DNA of 63,572 bases, filler included, from Thraustochytrium aureum (taxonomy: Eukaryota): NCBI GenBank assembly GCA_012862495.1. It is 6 parts of 5 records of this genome, joined end to end, with 100 filler letters (N's around TTAATTAATTAA, not from the genome) between each part and the next. Parts side by side here need not be neighbours in the genome. Positions count along the whole stretch, not along the records: positions 29,280 to 49,943 come from BLSG01000371.1; positions 50,044 to 56,296 come from BLSG01000372.1; positions 56,397 to 62,055 come from BLSG01000373.1; 3 more parts are not named here. One strand, 5' to 3'. Both the position numbers and the translations under genes were made by a program. The notes beneath the pieces are model-generated. The model saw nothing but the letters and a program-made list of their open reading frames with translations, did not search any database and was not told where the DNA came from. Of this stretch, positions 45,973 to 56,847 are shown piece by piece. Position 1 is the first letter of the stretch. Every line of letters begins with the position of its first letter.

Positions 45973-47059
45973 ATGACCAAGAAGAAGGAGATATACACGT
46001 ACAAGGCGCCATGGAACGTCTACGGAATGGGCTGGAGCGAGCGCAAGGACGACGCCTACAAGTTTCGGTTTGCGGTCGGCAGCTTTCGCGAAGAGTACAC
46101 CAACAAGGTCGACATCATCCAATACTCGGAGGAGAAGGACGAATTCGTCCGCAAAGGCGGTTTCGATCACCCGTGTAAGTTCCGACCAGCGCCGCGCAGG
46201 GCGTTGGTGCTCTTGTTGCTGACCCGGCCCACGCGCGCCCCGCGCAGACCCCACCACGAAAATCGCGTGGATCCCGGACCCCAGCTCAAACCAGAACGAT
46301 TTGCTGGCCACCTCCGGGGACTATCTTCGGATCTGGAAAGTAGAGCCCGGGGCCAGCGCAGATGAGTGCAGCGTCCAGCGCATCGCGCTCCTCAACAACA
46401 GCAAAAACGCAGAGTATTGCGCCCCGCTGACCTCGCTCGACTGGAACCAGGCCGACCCCAACACGATAGGAACGAGCAGCATCGACACCACCTGCACGAT
46501 TTGGGACATCGAGACAGAGCAGCCGCGCGCGCAGCTCATCGCCCACGACGAAGAAGTCTACGACATGGCCTTTGCAACGAATAACAAAGACCAGTTTGCG
46601 TCGGCTGGGGCCGACGGCTCGGTGCGGCTCTTCGACTGCAGGCATCTTCAGCGCTCTACCATCATCTACGATGGCGACCAAACCCCGAAACAACCCCTCA
46701 TCCGCGTGGCTTGGAACAAGCAAGACCCCTCATTCCTTGCGCTCGTCTCGATGAACAGCAACAGGACCATTATTCTCGATCGGCGCGTCCCGCTCAAGCC
46801 CTACTATGTCCTCCAGGGCCACACTGGCTGTGTGAACGCTGTGGCGTGGGCGCCGCACTCACCGCACCACGTGTGCTCGGTCGCTGAGGACAGCCAAGCT
46901 TTGATATGGGAGCTCGAGGCTTCGCCGCATGCCTGCATTGACGAGCCGATACTCGCGTACAAGGCCGATGCCAGCATCAACCAACTCCAGTGGTCTTCGG
47001 CGACTCCAGACTGGGTTGGCATCGCTTACGAGGACAAGGTGCAGGTCCTCCGCGTCTAG
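45973..47059 (+). CDS. DCAF7: WD40 protein DCAF7/WDR68/AN11; intron 46175-46247
   Basis: FDHPYPTTK after splicing; LLATSGDYLRIW, CAPLTSLDWN, TSSIDTTCTIWD, QLIAHDEEVYD, ADGSVRLFD. Confidence 0.95.
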
Positions 47060-48769
47060 TCGCGATCGCGCCCGAAACCGATCTGGGAGCGCGCGCAGAC
47101 CACGGCACCTTCGGCAGATAGATGCATCTGCGAGGCGCCTTCGCCCGCGTTCTGATGTTCAAGTTGCCCCCCAGCGCTCTCGGTCGTCCGCCGGATTCTG
47201 GCGGAACCCAAACACATACGCGCTGCAAAGAAAGAAAGAAATGTGAAAACGCAAGCGCTGCTGGTTCGCGTAAGAGACCTATCTCGTTCGGTTGCCCTGC
47301 CGCTTGCGTTGCTTGCGCCGTTAAGACGGAATTGGCGTCGTCTGCTTGGGACTCGAGACACTCCGGAGGTTTGAGCGACGACTTGCACTCTCGCTTCGTT
47401 CGCGAGGGAAGCCTGGGAAGTGGCAGAATCTTCGCTTCGCAGGCAGCCGCGTCTGCTCTGCATGCCTCGATTGATTTACTCCGTGTTCTACGGACGGTTC
47501 AAGAGGCGGGCAAGGAAGGCGCAGCCTCCCAAAAGTTTGCGCCCTCACCTGCAGCCGTGCGCAGGCACCAGCGCAATTGGAAGCAGGCAACAGTTTCCCC
47601 TCTCCGGCGGGGCAGCGACGCTGGCGCCTGCTCTCGCCGCGCGCTGTGGGACCCATGTTCATCTCATACATTGCCTATCTATTTTTGTTGGTTTTTTTGA
47701 GGAGAGTCGCTGCGCGCGCCGCGGCCGAGCGATGTCGGTCGTTACGCGGCCGAAGAAGCAGAGTGGTCTGTGTGCCCGTACCGCCCCGACGCGGATCTAG
47801 AGCCAGGTTGCTGGGCGGCGGGGCCGCCCAGCCGAGTGCANNNNNNNNNNNNNNNNNNNNNNNNNNNNNNNNNNNNNNNNNNNNNNNNNNNNNNNNNNNN
47901 NNNNNNNNNNNNNNNNNNNNNNNNNNNNNNNNNNNNNNNNNNNNNNNNNNNNNNNNNNNNNNNNNNNNNNNNNNNNNNNNNNNNNNNNNNNNNNNNNNNN
48001 NNNNNNNNNNNNNNNNNNNNNNNNNNNNNNNNNNNNNNNNNNNNNNNNNNNNNNNNNNNNNNNNNNNNNNNNNNNNNNNNNNNNNNNNNNNNNNNNNNNN
48101 NNNNNNNNNNNNNNNNNNNNNNNNNNNNNNNNNNNNNNNNNNNNNNNNNNNNNNNNNNNNNNNNNNNNNNNNNNNNNNNNNNNNNNNNNNNNNNNNNNNN
48201 NNNNNNNNNNNNNNNNNNNNNNNNNNNNNNNNNNNNNNNNNNNNNNNNNNNNNNNNNNNNNNNNNNNNNNNNNNNNNNNNNNNNNNNNNNNNNNNNNNNN
48301 NNNNNNNNNNNNNNNNNNNNNNNNNNNNNNNNNNNNNNNNNNNNNNNNNNNNNNNNNNNNNNNNNNNNNNNNNNNNNNNNNNNNNNNNNNNNNNNNNNNN
48401 NNNNNNNNNNNNNNNNNNNNNNNNNNNNNNNNNNNNNNNNNNNNNNNNNNNNNNNNNNNNNNNNNNNNNNNNNNNNNNNNNNNNNNNNNNNNNNNNNNNN
48501 NNNNNNNNNNNNNNNNNNNNNNNNNNNNNNNNNNNNNNNNNNNNNNNNNNNNNNNNNNNNNNNNNNNNNNNNNNNNNNNNNNNNNNNNNNNNNNNNNNNN
48601 NNNNNNNNNNNNNNNNNNNNNNNNNNNNNNNNNNNNNNNNNNNNGCGCTCCTGCGTCAACTGCTGCCGCTGCTGCCAAGGCGCAAGTGCTCGTACCTCAA
48701 GCTGCCCTCTCGCGAGTCTGCTCCACTGCGAATCAGCTCGAGTTGGCGGTTTGTACTCGGTTTGTCAGT

Positions 48770-49012
48770 GATGAGTCTGTCAGTCTGCCTGCCGCTGCCT
48801 GTCTGTCTGCCTGTCTGTCTGTCTCTGTCTGTCTCTTTATAAAGTGCTTGCTGCGCGACGTGACAGAGGCAGAGCAAGGACGCATTCTGCCTGCCCGCCT
48901 GCTTGCCGGCTGGCTGGCTGAGTGAGTGAGTGAGTAGTGCGTTGAGCGCTGCGTACTGGAGCGTAGCGCGGCTGCGGGCCTGCGTGCCTGCGCGGCTGCG
49001 TGCCTGCGTGCG
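48770..49012. repeat. Mixed tetranucleotide microsatellites (CTGT, GCCT, GAGT, GCGT)
   Basis: Read directly. Confidence 0.7.
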
Positions 49013-49885
49013 TGGAGTTGAACAGGGCGCGCTGGCTGGCTTGGTGGTTTTTTTGGGGTTGGGTTTTTTTGGGGTCGCGTTGTGGTGCGGTGGCTTTTTT
49101 GCACTTGTTGCTTTCAACTGGTTTTGGGTTTTTTTTCCTGCTCGCTGCGCCTCTCTCGTGGACGCGAGGGCTTGGGGCGTTCAGAGAGCGCCGTGGTTTT
49201 GGGCGGGGGCACGGGGCGAGTTGTCAGAACACGCGGTGGAAATAGCGGTGGGTTTTACTTGCGCCGTGGGCGATCTGCAGCTGTTCGTTGTTATGCCGAG
49301 GGGTTGATGATGGGGCGGGAACCTTGTGGTTCGTTGTAATGTGCCCCCGTGCAGCAGTGAGAGGGGACAGGGCGTGCCTCACATTTGGAGGTGGCTGGGG
49401 CAGTCAAGAGTGGTCTTGCCTCACATGTGTTAGTGAGGGAGATGCGGAGGAGAGTCAAGAGCGGACGGGCCGGATTTGAGCGGATTTTTCCCCCCCGGCG
49501 GCTGGTTTTTTTCCCCATGCGTCCATCGCTCGATGGCCATGCGTTTTGCGCGCGGGTCTGGGCCTGCGCCCTCGAGCGGCGCCGTTCGCGTCCGCGAATC
49601 GAATGCTAGCCAGCCTACCGGCACCAAGGCCAAGCTTGATGAGGCTGCGCTGCCTGCTTCCGAACGCGCGCGTGGGGGATCGAGCGAGACTCGGTTGTTT
49701 GTTAGGCCTATCTAATCGCTTTCCACTACTACTCTGCATTCGCACCGGTGCGCCGCCGCCAGCGCTGCTCGCATGATGTCGCATCCCGAGGCTCGTCGTG
49801 AGGCGCGCCGCCGTCGCTGCAAGAGGCGGGCCGGGACGGTTGGCGAGCTCGCGGCCCCCTCCTGCCCTCCGGTTCGGCTGGCCCC

Positions 49886-49943
49886 AATGTCGCAGCCCCC
49901 CAACGTCGCAGCCCCCCACAACGTCGCAGCCCCCACCAACGTC
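49886..49943. repeat. 16-18 bp tandem repeat aacgtcgcagccccc(ac) at scaffold end
   Basis: Three units plus a partial unit running into the gap. Confidence 0.85.
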
Positions 49944-49987
49944 NNNNNNNNNNNNNNNNNNNNNNNNNNNNNNNNNNNNNNNNNNNN

Positions 49988-49999
49988 TTAATTAATTAA
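49988..49999. other. Artificial scaffold linker TTAATTAATTAA
   Basis: N44-flanked six-frame stop linker. Confidence 0.97.
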
Positions 50000-50257
50000 N
50001 NNNNNNNNNNNNNNNNNNNNNNNNNNNNNNNNNNNNNNNNNNNCCTTGGTCGTCCAACGCCCGCGAGCGCGCCAAACGCTGCAACACCATCGGGCTGCTC
50101 GCTGCTGTTCTCGCTGCTTGCTTCTGCTCGCTGCTGGTCTCGGTGGCGGCCGCGCGAACGGCAGCTGGTCCAGCGAGAGCGACGGCGGCGCGAAGGCCAC
50201 GACTAGCCCAAACGCGAGGCGTTGGCCAAGCGGCTCGGGACCTCGGGCTCGGCGGCC

Positions 50258-51285
50258 ATGGGCTGGATTGTGCCCGCAGCGCTGGCGGAGAGCGGGCCGG
50301 TCGTCCTCGGCGTGTGGGGGACGTGCTTTACGTGGCTGGTCACGGCGCTCGGGGCCGCGGTGGTCTTTCTGGTGCCAGCGGGTCTTTCCGAAGGCGCAGA
50401 GGGGAAACTGCTCGACGCAAGCCTCGGGTTTGCCGCAGGCGTCATGCTGGCCGCGAGCTACTGGTCGCTGCTAGCGCCGGCGATCGAGATGGCCGAGGAG
50501 GAGGGGTACGGCGACTGGAGCTTTGTCCCCGCGGCGGCTCGGGTTTTGGCTGGGCGCCGTCTTGTTTTCGCGGCGGACTATGCCCTCCCAGAGCACGCGG
50601 ATGACCCTGAAAAGTACCTTGAAGCGACCGCCGCGGCAGCTGCAAAGAAAGCCGGGCAAAGCCACGCCTCATCAAACGAGCCATCTGCGCCCAAATCCTC
50701 GGACCGGGCAGCAAGCGAGGGCGTCCTGCGCCAACGGAAGGGCAAGGGCAAGGCCGCAGCGCAGGACCAAAATGCAGCCATGGCGGCAGAGAGCGCCTCG
50801 GCCGGAGCTGCCCGCTCCAAGTCGTGGCGGCGCCTCATCCTGCTCGTCATCGCCGTCACCATCCACAACTTTCCGGAAGGGCTCGGCAGTGGGCGTCGCA
50901 TTCGGCGCCGTTGGGACTGCGCCAAAGGCGACCCTGCAGGCCGCGGAGGTCCTGACGTTTGGGATCGGAATTCAAAACTTCCCCGAAGGCCTGGCCGTCA
51001 GTCTGCCAATGCGGCGCATGGGCTACTCCAAGTGGTGGTGCTTTTTTCTACGGGCAGTTGAGCGGGATGGTGGAGCCGCTCGGCGGGCTGCTCGGCGCGG
51101 CGGCCGTGCAAGTTGCCGAGCCAATCTTGCCGTACGCACTCTCCTTCGCCGCGGGCGCCATGGTCTACGTCGTGGTCGACTCTATCGTGCCGGAGGCGCA
51201 GACGCGCGGCAACAACGCCATGGCGACCTGGGGCTGCATGGTCGGCTTCCTGGTAATGATGACTCTTGACGTCGCGCTCGGCTGA
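50258..51285 (+). CDS. ZIP11: ZIP11/GufA-type zinc transporter (several indels)
   Basis: [78 protein letters not shown]. Confidence 0.92.
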
Positions 51286-51892
51286 CCTAGCACGCCGCCC
51301 ACCTGCGCCGCCGCCCGCGCGCTCGCTGCCTCCAAGCCCCAGCCGCGGCCCCATGACTGGGCTTTCACGGCATCAATTCGCCCAGCCGTGGCCGCCCGGG
51401 CAGCGACTGTTGCCGAGCACCTCGAACGCCGAGCCTCGGCCGGCCACGATGCTCGATCGAACGATGTTTTCCGATCTATTTCCATCGACGATGGCGTCGT
51501 AGGTATCGGTGTGGAGTGCATGCTGGATGTCGGACTCGAGCACGAGTTCGTCTCTGCTGAGCTGTTGATTGATTGAACGGAAACGAAAGGAATAAAAGCT
51601 GTTCTGTGGGTCCTCCGCGTCGGTTGACGCCAAACGCCAGAGCCCAATCGCCTCGGCCGCATCGGCGCCTGCCAGTGCAGCACCGGCCGCGCCTGCTGGT
51701 CGTTGAGTAATTGGCCATTGGCTGTCTGCCGTCGTTGGCTGTTGCGAGATCGGCCGATCGGCGGCTCGCGCGCGTTGCCCGGTGGTGGCGCGCTCGTTGT
51801 CTCGCGCAGGCCTCGCTTGCCGAGCGGTCGGTCCTGCTCAAGGCTAGGCTGTTGACGCAGACCGAACTGGCCTCGGACGGAACGGCGGAGGG

Positions 51893-53236
51893 ATGTCGAC
51901 TGCGGCCACGACAGCCAAGTCTGCGAACAGGGCCGTCGTCGTGCTGCACAGCTCGGGGGAGTGCGTGTTTGCCTGCAACCTCGGCGCCGGCGCGGACGTC
52001 GACTTGGCGGTCGTCTCCGCGTTTGCCTCGTCGATTGGGGAGCTTTGGGGCGTATGCCGAGGGGCTACATAAGGGCGCCGGCAAGTCGGGGCTCGGACGG
52101 GATGGGCGCGCTTCAATGCTGCGGCCCGCGGCCGAGGGACGCCGGTCGGTGGCGCTCGCGACCGCGCAAGCCCTGCAGGCGGCGCGTTTCCTGGCGGGCC
52201 TGTCGCCTCGAACGAGGCGTCGGGCGCTGCGCGCGGCCGCCCCGTGATCGGCGCAGAGTGCCTGATTGCGTCCCTCCACGGCGACCTGTACGCGTTCCGG
52301 CAGATCGGGACGTACACCTTGGTGCTTGTTGCCCCCGAGTCGGATGGGCACAGCACCGTCGAGCGCGAGGTGTTTGAGGTCGAAGCGATGCTGCGGTTCC
52401 TTCTCGGCCCCTGCGAACGGTGGAAGCGCAACTCGCTGGCGCTCAAGGGGCTGCAGGACGTCATTGAAAAGACGGTCTTTGGCGTGCTGGCCGACCCGGC
52501 GATGCTCGTGGGCGGCACCCCGCACGTTGTCAAAACGAACGAGTCCGGCGAAGCATTAGAGCAGTCGCTCGGGGCGCTCGAGAACGACAACGTGACGCAG
52601 GGCTCGATGATGCTGCTGGGCGACATGGTGCTCCACACCAGGGTCGTTCCAGAGGAGACGGCGCTGGTGAGGTGGCTCGTCGTCGTGCGTCCGTTTGGGG
52701 CCTCGGAGCGCATGCGAGCCCTCCCTGTTTCGTCCCAGGGACAGTGGAAGACGCTCGTCTTGTTCCGCATGAAGTGGCACATCCTGTGCCTGTTCGTCTC
52801 GATGGAGTGCGCGCTGCCGGAGCTCCGCCCCAAGCTCGAGCGTTTCGAGAACCAGCTGGAGCGCCAGATGGCACAGCTTCGGCTGCCGTTGCTGCCAAAC
52901 CATTTATCAGTTGGGGACTTTGCTGGCATTGAGACGATTGCGTTTGTGTTCCACGACATCGGGTCGGGCCAGTCGCTCGTGCCCGCGCTCCGCGACGACC
53001 CAACGAAAGCGATGCACACAGAGGTGTTGCTGTGGTTTATGCGTCGCTCGCGGGACCAGTTGACGCACGGCGCAGTGCAAAGCGTGCACCTGGCCAAGGG
53101 CGGGTACCGCTTTTTTGCGTGCGAGGAGAATGGGTACGAGATTTATTTGTTGTGTGGCGCCCAGCTGGACTGCACGGGCGTGGAGGACGAGGCGGACCGG
53201 ATTGTGACGCACATCCGCCTGTCATTCTCGATGTAG
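51893..53236 (+). CDS. Tri-longin Rab-GEF subunit of the Mon1/HPS1/Fuzzy family (indels near 52045 and 52240)
   Basis: N-terminal VVVLHSSGECVFA; LYAFRQIGTYTLVLV..EAMLRFLLG; C-terminal GYEIYLLC...EADRIVTHIR. Confidence 0.55.
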
Positions 53237-53561
53237 TAGACTATAGTACCTTAGTAAGCTTGCACTCATTTGGCCGTCCGCTGCCTGCGCGGCGGCTCTT
53301 GGGCGCTCGCGCTCTGCAGGCCTTGCCCTGGCGCAAAGGCTTGCAGCGCGCGCCGCCAACGCGCTTTGTTGTCCGGCCACGTGCCTGCCAATGACGCTCC
53401 GCGGTGCCGCCTCGTTCGGATTGGCGGCGAGCGCGCGGCGAGGCCAGCTGTTTTGGCGATGGGGCCTCGCCACTCGCCAAGTGCGCCTTTCGAGGGGAGC
53501 ACAGCCGCGCACGGCCCGGCGGCTAGTGCGACGACAACAGGCAGGCGCAAAGGCCGAGCGT

Positions 53562-54329
53562 TTACAGTTGCGTCGACCTTGCCGTGAAGCCAAACGGGTC
53601 GGGGAGCTCGGGGGCAAAGGACGAGTCGGCGGCGGCCTTGCGGCGGCGCGCCTGAGAAGCCGAGGCTGCCCTCATGAACGGGCGCGATCTCGACGGGCTG
53701 GACGAGGATGGCGAGGAGCGGCCGTAAAGCAGCGTCTCGTAGTCGTCTCCGCCGCCGTGCTCGGGGCGCTTGTTGTCGATGTCGGCGAGAACGGTCTGGA
53801 TCTCGCGCTGCATCGAGCCAAGGCAGTAAAACCCCGCCTCGTGGTGCAGCTCGCGCAGGCGCTGGACATCTTGCGGCAGCGTGTTGCTCTGCAGGTAGGT
53901 GAGAATGTGGCGAAAGAGGAACCAGTCCCGGTCGAAAAAGTAGCACCCGTCCTCGTCAGGGCGCAAAATGGAGTCTTGCTCTGGGAGGCAGCTCGCTGCC
54001 AGCAGCGAAAACCGGTCCTTCAGGAGCAGCTTGGCGGTGATCTCGAAGATCTGCCCGCCCACGTTGACCCGAACGACGCGGTCCTTGACAGCAGGGGCGT
54101 CGATGCTCGAGGGAAACCACTCCTGCGTGACGAGTTTTTCGAACCTTTCGCGCTCCCGCTTGAGCCGTTCACGCTCCTCCTCGAGGTCCTTCCACTCGTG
54201 CCGCAGCAGATTCTTGTGCCGTTCCAGCTGCTCCACTTCATCCTGCAAGCTCAGCCAGGCCTGCCCGAGCGACCTGCTCTCCGCCCGCAGGTCGCGCACC
54301 AGCGTCGAGCTTTTGACGTTGGCATACAT
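53562..54329 (-). CDS. Coiled-coil + BTB/POZ (KCTD/T1-type) protein
   Basis: VRVNVGGQIFE...YFFDRDWFLFRHILTYL...LHHEAGFYCL. Confidence 0.88.
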   Translation of the reverse strand: MYANVKSSTLVRDLRAESRSLGQAWLSLQDEVEQLERHKNLLRHEWKDLEEERERLKRERERFEKLVTQEWFPSSIDAPAVKDRVVRVNVGGQIFEITAKLLLKDRFSLLAASCLPEQDSILRPDEDGCYFFDRDWFLFRHILTYLQSNTLPQDVQRLRELHHEAGFYCLGSMQREIQTVLADIDNKRPEHGGGDDYETLLYGRSSPSSSSPSRSRPFMRAASASQARRRKAAADSSFAPELPDPFGFTARSTQL

Positions 54330-54848
54330 TTCTCTCTCTCCGGGAGGAGCAACTCGGCCCGCCAGCGAGCATGCGGCGGCACCCCGGCGCGCTGATCGCG
54401 GCACCCGCGGCGCGCTGTACCCGCGGCAGGCGGCAAAGTCAAGCGAGCAATGATGGCCTGCTGGTGGACGGACGACTGTCTATGACTCTACCGTGACGGT
54501 TGCGAGTCCACATGCAATCCACCTACTTACTACTAGTACTAGTAGTGCATGGTGCTGCTGGGTCGGCCCCCATGCGCCATCCCGCGCAGCCGCCCTCGCG
54601 CGCCGTGCGTCGGTCCTCTGGCGTTCGTGCCAGCGGCGCCTCGGCCCTGCTGCTTTGGTGCTGCTGCTTTGGTGCTTTGCTGCTTTGGCTGGGCTGCTGC
54701 TTTGGGCGCTGGGTTTGATCGTCTTCTGTCGCGAAACGAGAGGGGCAAGCGACGCGCACGGCAAGGCAGAGCAGGGCTTTTACTTTTACGTAAGTACAAG
54801 GCGAGAGGAAGAGGGCAGGGCAGGTCGATCGCGCAGCGAACTGCGAGG

Positions 54849-56296
54849 TCAGAAGCCGAGCATTTCCACGGCAGGGTCGTTGAGAATGCTGACGATGGAC
54901 GACTGAAAGTCGTTGAACTCGCTCTCATCGACGACCTCCTCATCGACGTGCGACTTTGCGCTCATGAGCATGTCAGACATCGCGTTCGCAAACGTCTGGT
55001 CTTCTGGTGCCAGCTCCGACATGTCGTCAAAGTTGAAGGGAATCGAGACACGACGCTTGCTGAGCGGCTCGCCGAACTTTGCCTTGGGCGGCGAGGGCAG
55101 GCTCGCATGCGCGAGAGCGGAGGTGGGCGTCGGCGACGCCGCGATCTTGTCCGGCGAGGTGGAAAACGTGAAAACGGGCGCCGCGGCCACTTGCTGCGGG
55201 ACGCGAATCGGTGGCGGGGCCGCGTAGTGGGCCGGGGCGCGTGAAGGCGCGGTCGGCGGCACAGTCCTGCGCACCTGATCGTTGACGGCAAACCCCGGGA
55301 TGATGCAGGGGCCGTTGGCTAGCTTGCGGCGTTTGGCGTTCGTCGACTGGCTGACTGCGTTGTCGTTTCCGCTGAGCAGAGCCTCGATGAGAGCGCGCTT
55401 CTTGGTCACAGGGCGGCCTGCGGCGGCGGCTGCGGCGCTGTGCTGTTCGGCCGTGGCCTGCGCGGCGTGCGGCTGAGTCCGCTGCGACTGGTGCTGGTGC
55501 TGATGTTGCTGGGGATGCACCTGAGTCGCGGGCGAGTCTCCGAACCGAAAATAGGTGCGCCAGTCGTACGGCAGCGACTGCTCTGGCGAGCCCATCGAGA
55601 CGGTCTTGTGCGTGGTGCCGCTGATGAGCGCCCTGTACCGCACCTTGACGCCGTGCAGCGAGCGGCGCGTGATGTGCTTTTTGATCACATTCCACTTGGG
55701 GCCGTGCTGCCGGTACAGCTGCAGGAGCAGCGCGTCTTCTTGGCTGGTCCACTGGCGCTTTCGCGCGCGAGCGATCGACTTGAACCGGGTCTTGACGCCG
55801 TTTTCCGTCCGGCCGGGCAGGCGGCCCGCGATTTGCGACCACTTGTTGCCCAGCTCGGCCTGGATCTGCTGCAGGCGCAGGTCCTCCTCGACGGACCATG
55901 GCGTCTGCGTGATGGCGGGGTCGAGCGAGTTTTTCCAGCGCTCGCGGCACTGCTTGGCCGACCGGCCGGGCACGCGCGTTGAGACCTTGGTCCAAAACTT
56001 GCTCTTCTGCGAGGCGCAGGATCCCTCGTACCCACTCGGGTTGTCTAGCTCTTCTCCCTCGCCGTTGTCCCGCATCTCCTGCAGCACGGCGCGCAGGAGG
56101 TCGTCCTCCTGCTCGGTCCAGGGCACGTACGACGACCTCGCCTCTGTCCCTTCCTTGCCGCCGTAGCTGGCCGCTGCGGCGGCCTCGGCGCTGCTCGCCG
56201 TGCTTGACACGGAGGCGGGGCCGGGGTACCCCTGCACGGTCTCCATGCGGCCCATCTGCTGCATGTGCATCATCTGCATCTGCTGTGCGTGCTGCT
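54849..56296 (-). CDS. Myb transcription factor with three repeats (5' truncated)
   Basis: WTEQED..W..V...PGRSAKQCRERW; WSVEED..GNKWSQIA..LPGRTEN; WTSQED..GPKW. Confidence 0.92.
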
Positions 56297-56340
56297 NNNN
56301 NNNNNNNNNNNNNNNNNNNNNNNNNNNNNNNNNNNNNNNN

Positions 56341-56352
56341 TTAATTAATTAA
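56341..56352. other. Artificial scaffold linker TTAATTAATTAA
   Basis: N44-flanked six-frame stop linker. Confidence 0.97.
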
Positions 56353-56847
56353 NNNNNNNNNNNNNNNNNNNNNNNNNNNNNNNNNNNNNNNNNNNNTTCC
56401 TTGCAAAGATTAATCCCAGCCCAGTCCATTTTCAAGATGAGTCGCAATGTCTCTCTGCCATCGGTTGTATGCGGCACTACACCCTTGCGGCGATCATCGC
56501 TTTTATGCGACACTACACCAGTGCGGCGACGTTCGAGTCCCGACTAACGTCGTCAACGACGGGCGGACGGACGTCGAGATCTCGCGGGCTACTTTGGCGC
56601 CCTCTTGGGACGCCGTCTGGGGTAGGGCGGGGCCTTGACCCCGTGCCAAGTGGGCGGACTCCAACCGGAGCGTCCGCATGGGGAACCGGAACAAACTGCT
56701 TGATGGAGCTCGAGCGCAGGATCTCGTCTCTGCGGGTGACCGTCATCAAGTGTGTCACGGAGACTTTTCCGTGTCAGGATCCAGGATTTCTCCGTTTCTC
56801 GTTCGAGCGCGCGGCTCTTATGGCCGACATGCGGCCAGCTGCGTGAG

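Noticed and set aside
50258..51285. Pseudogenes or programmed frameshifting in ZIP11, myosin, GPCR and MAP2K
   Set aside because: Many indels sit at homopolymer runs in otherwise well-conserved genes with no in-frame decay; sequencing error is more parsimonious.
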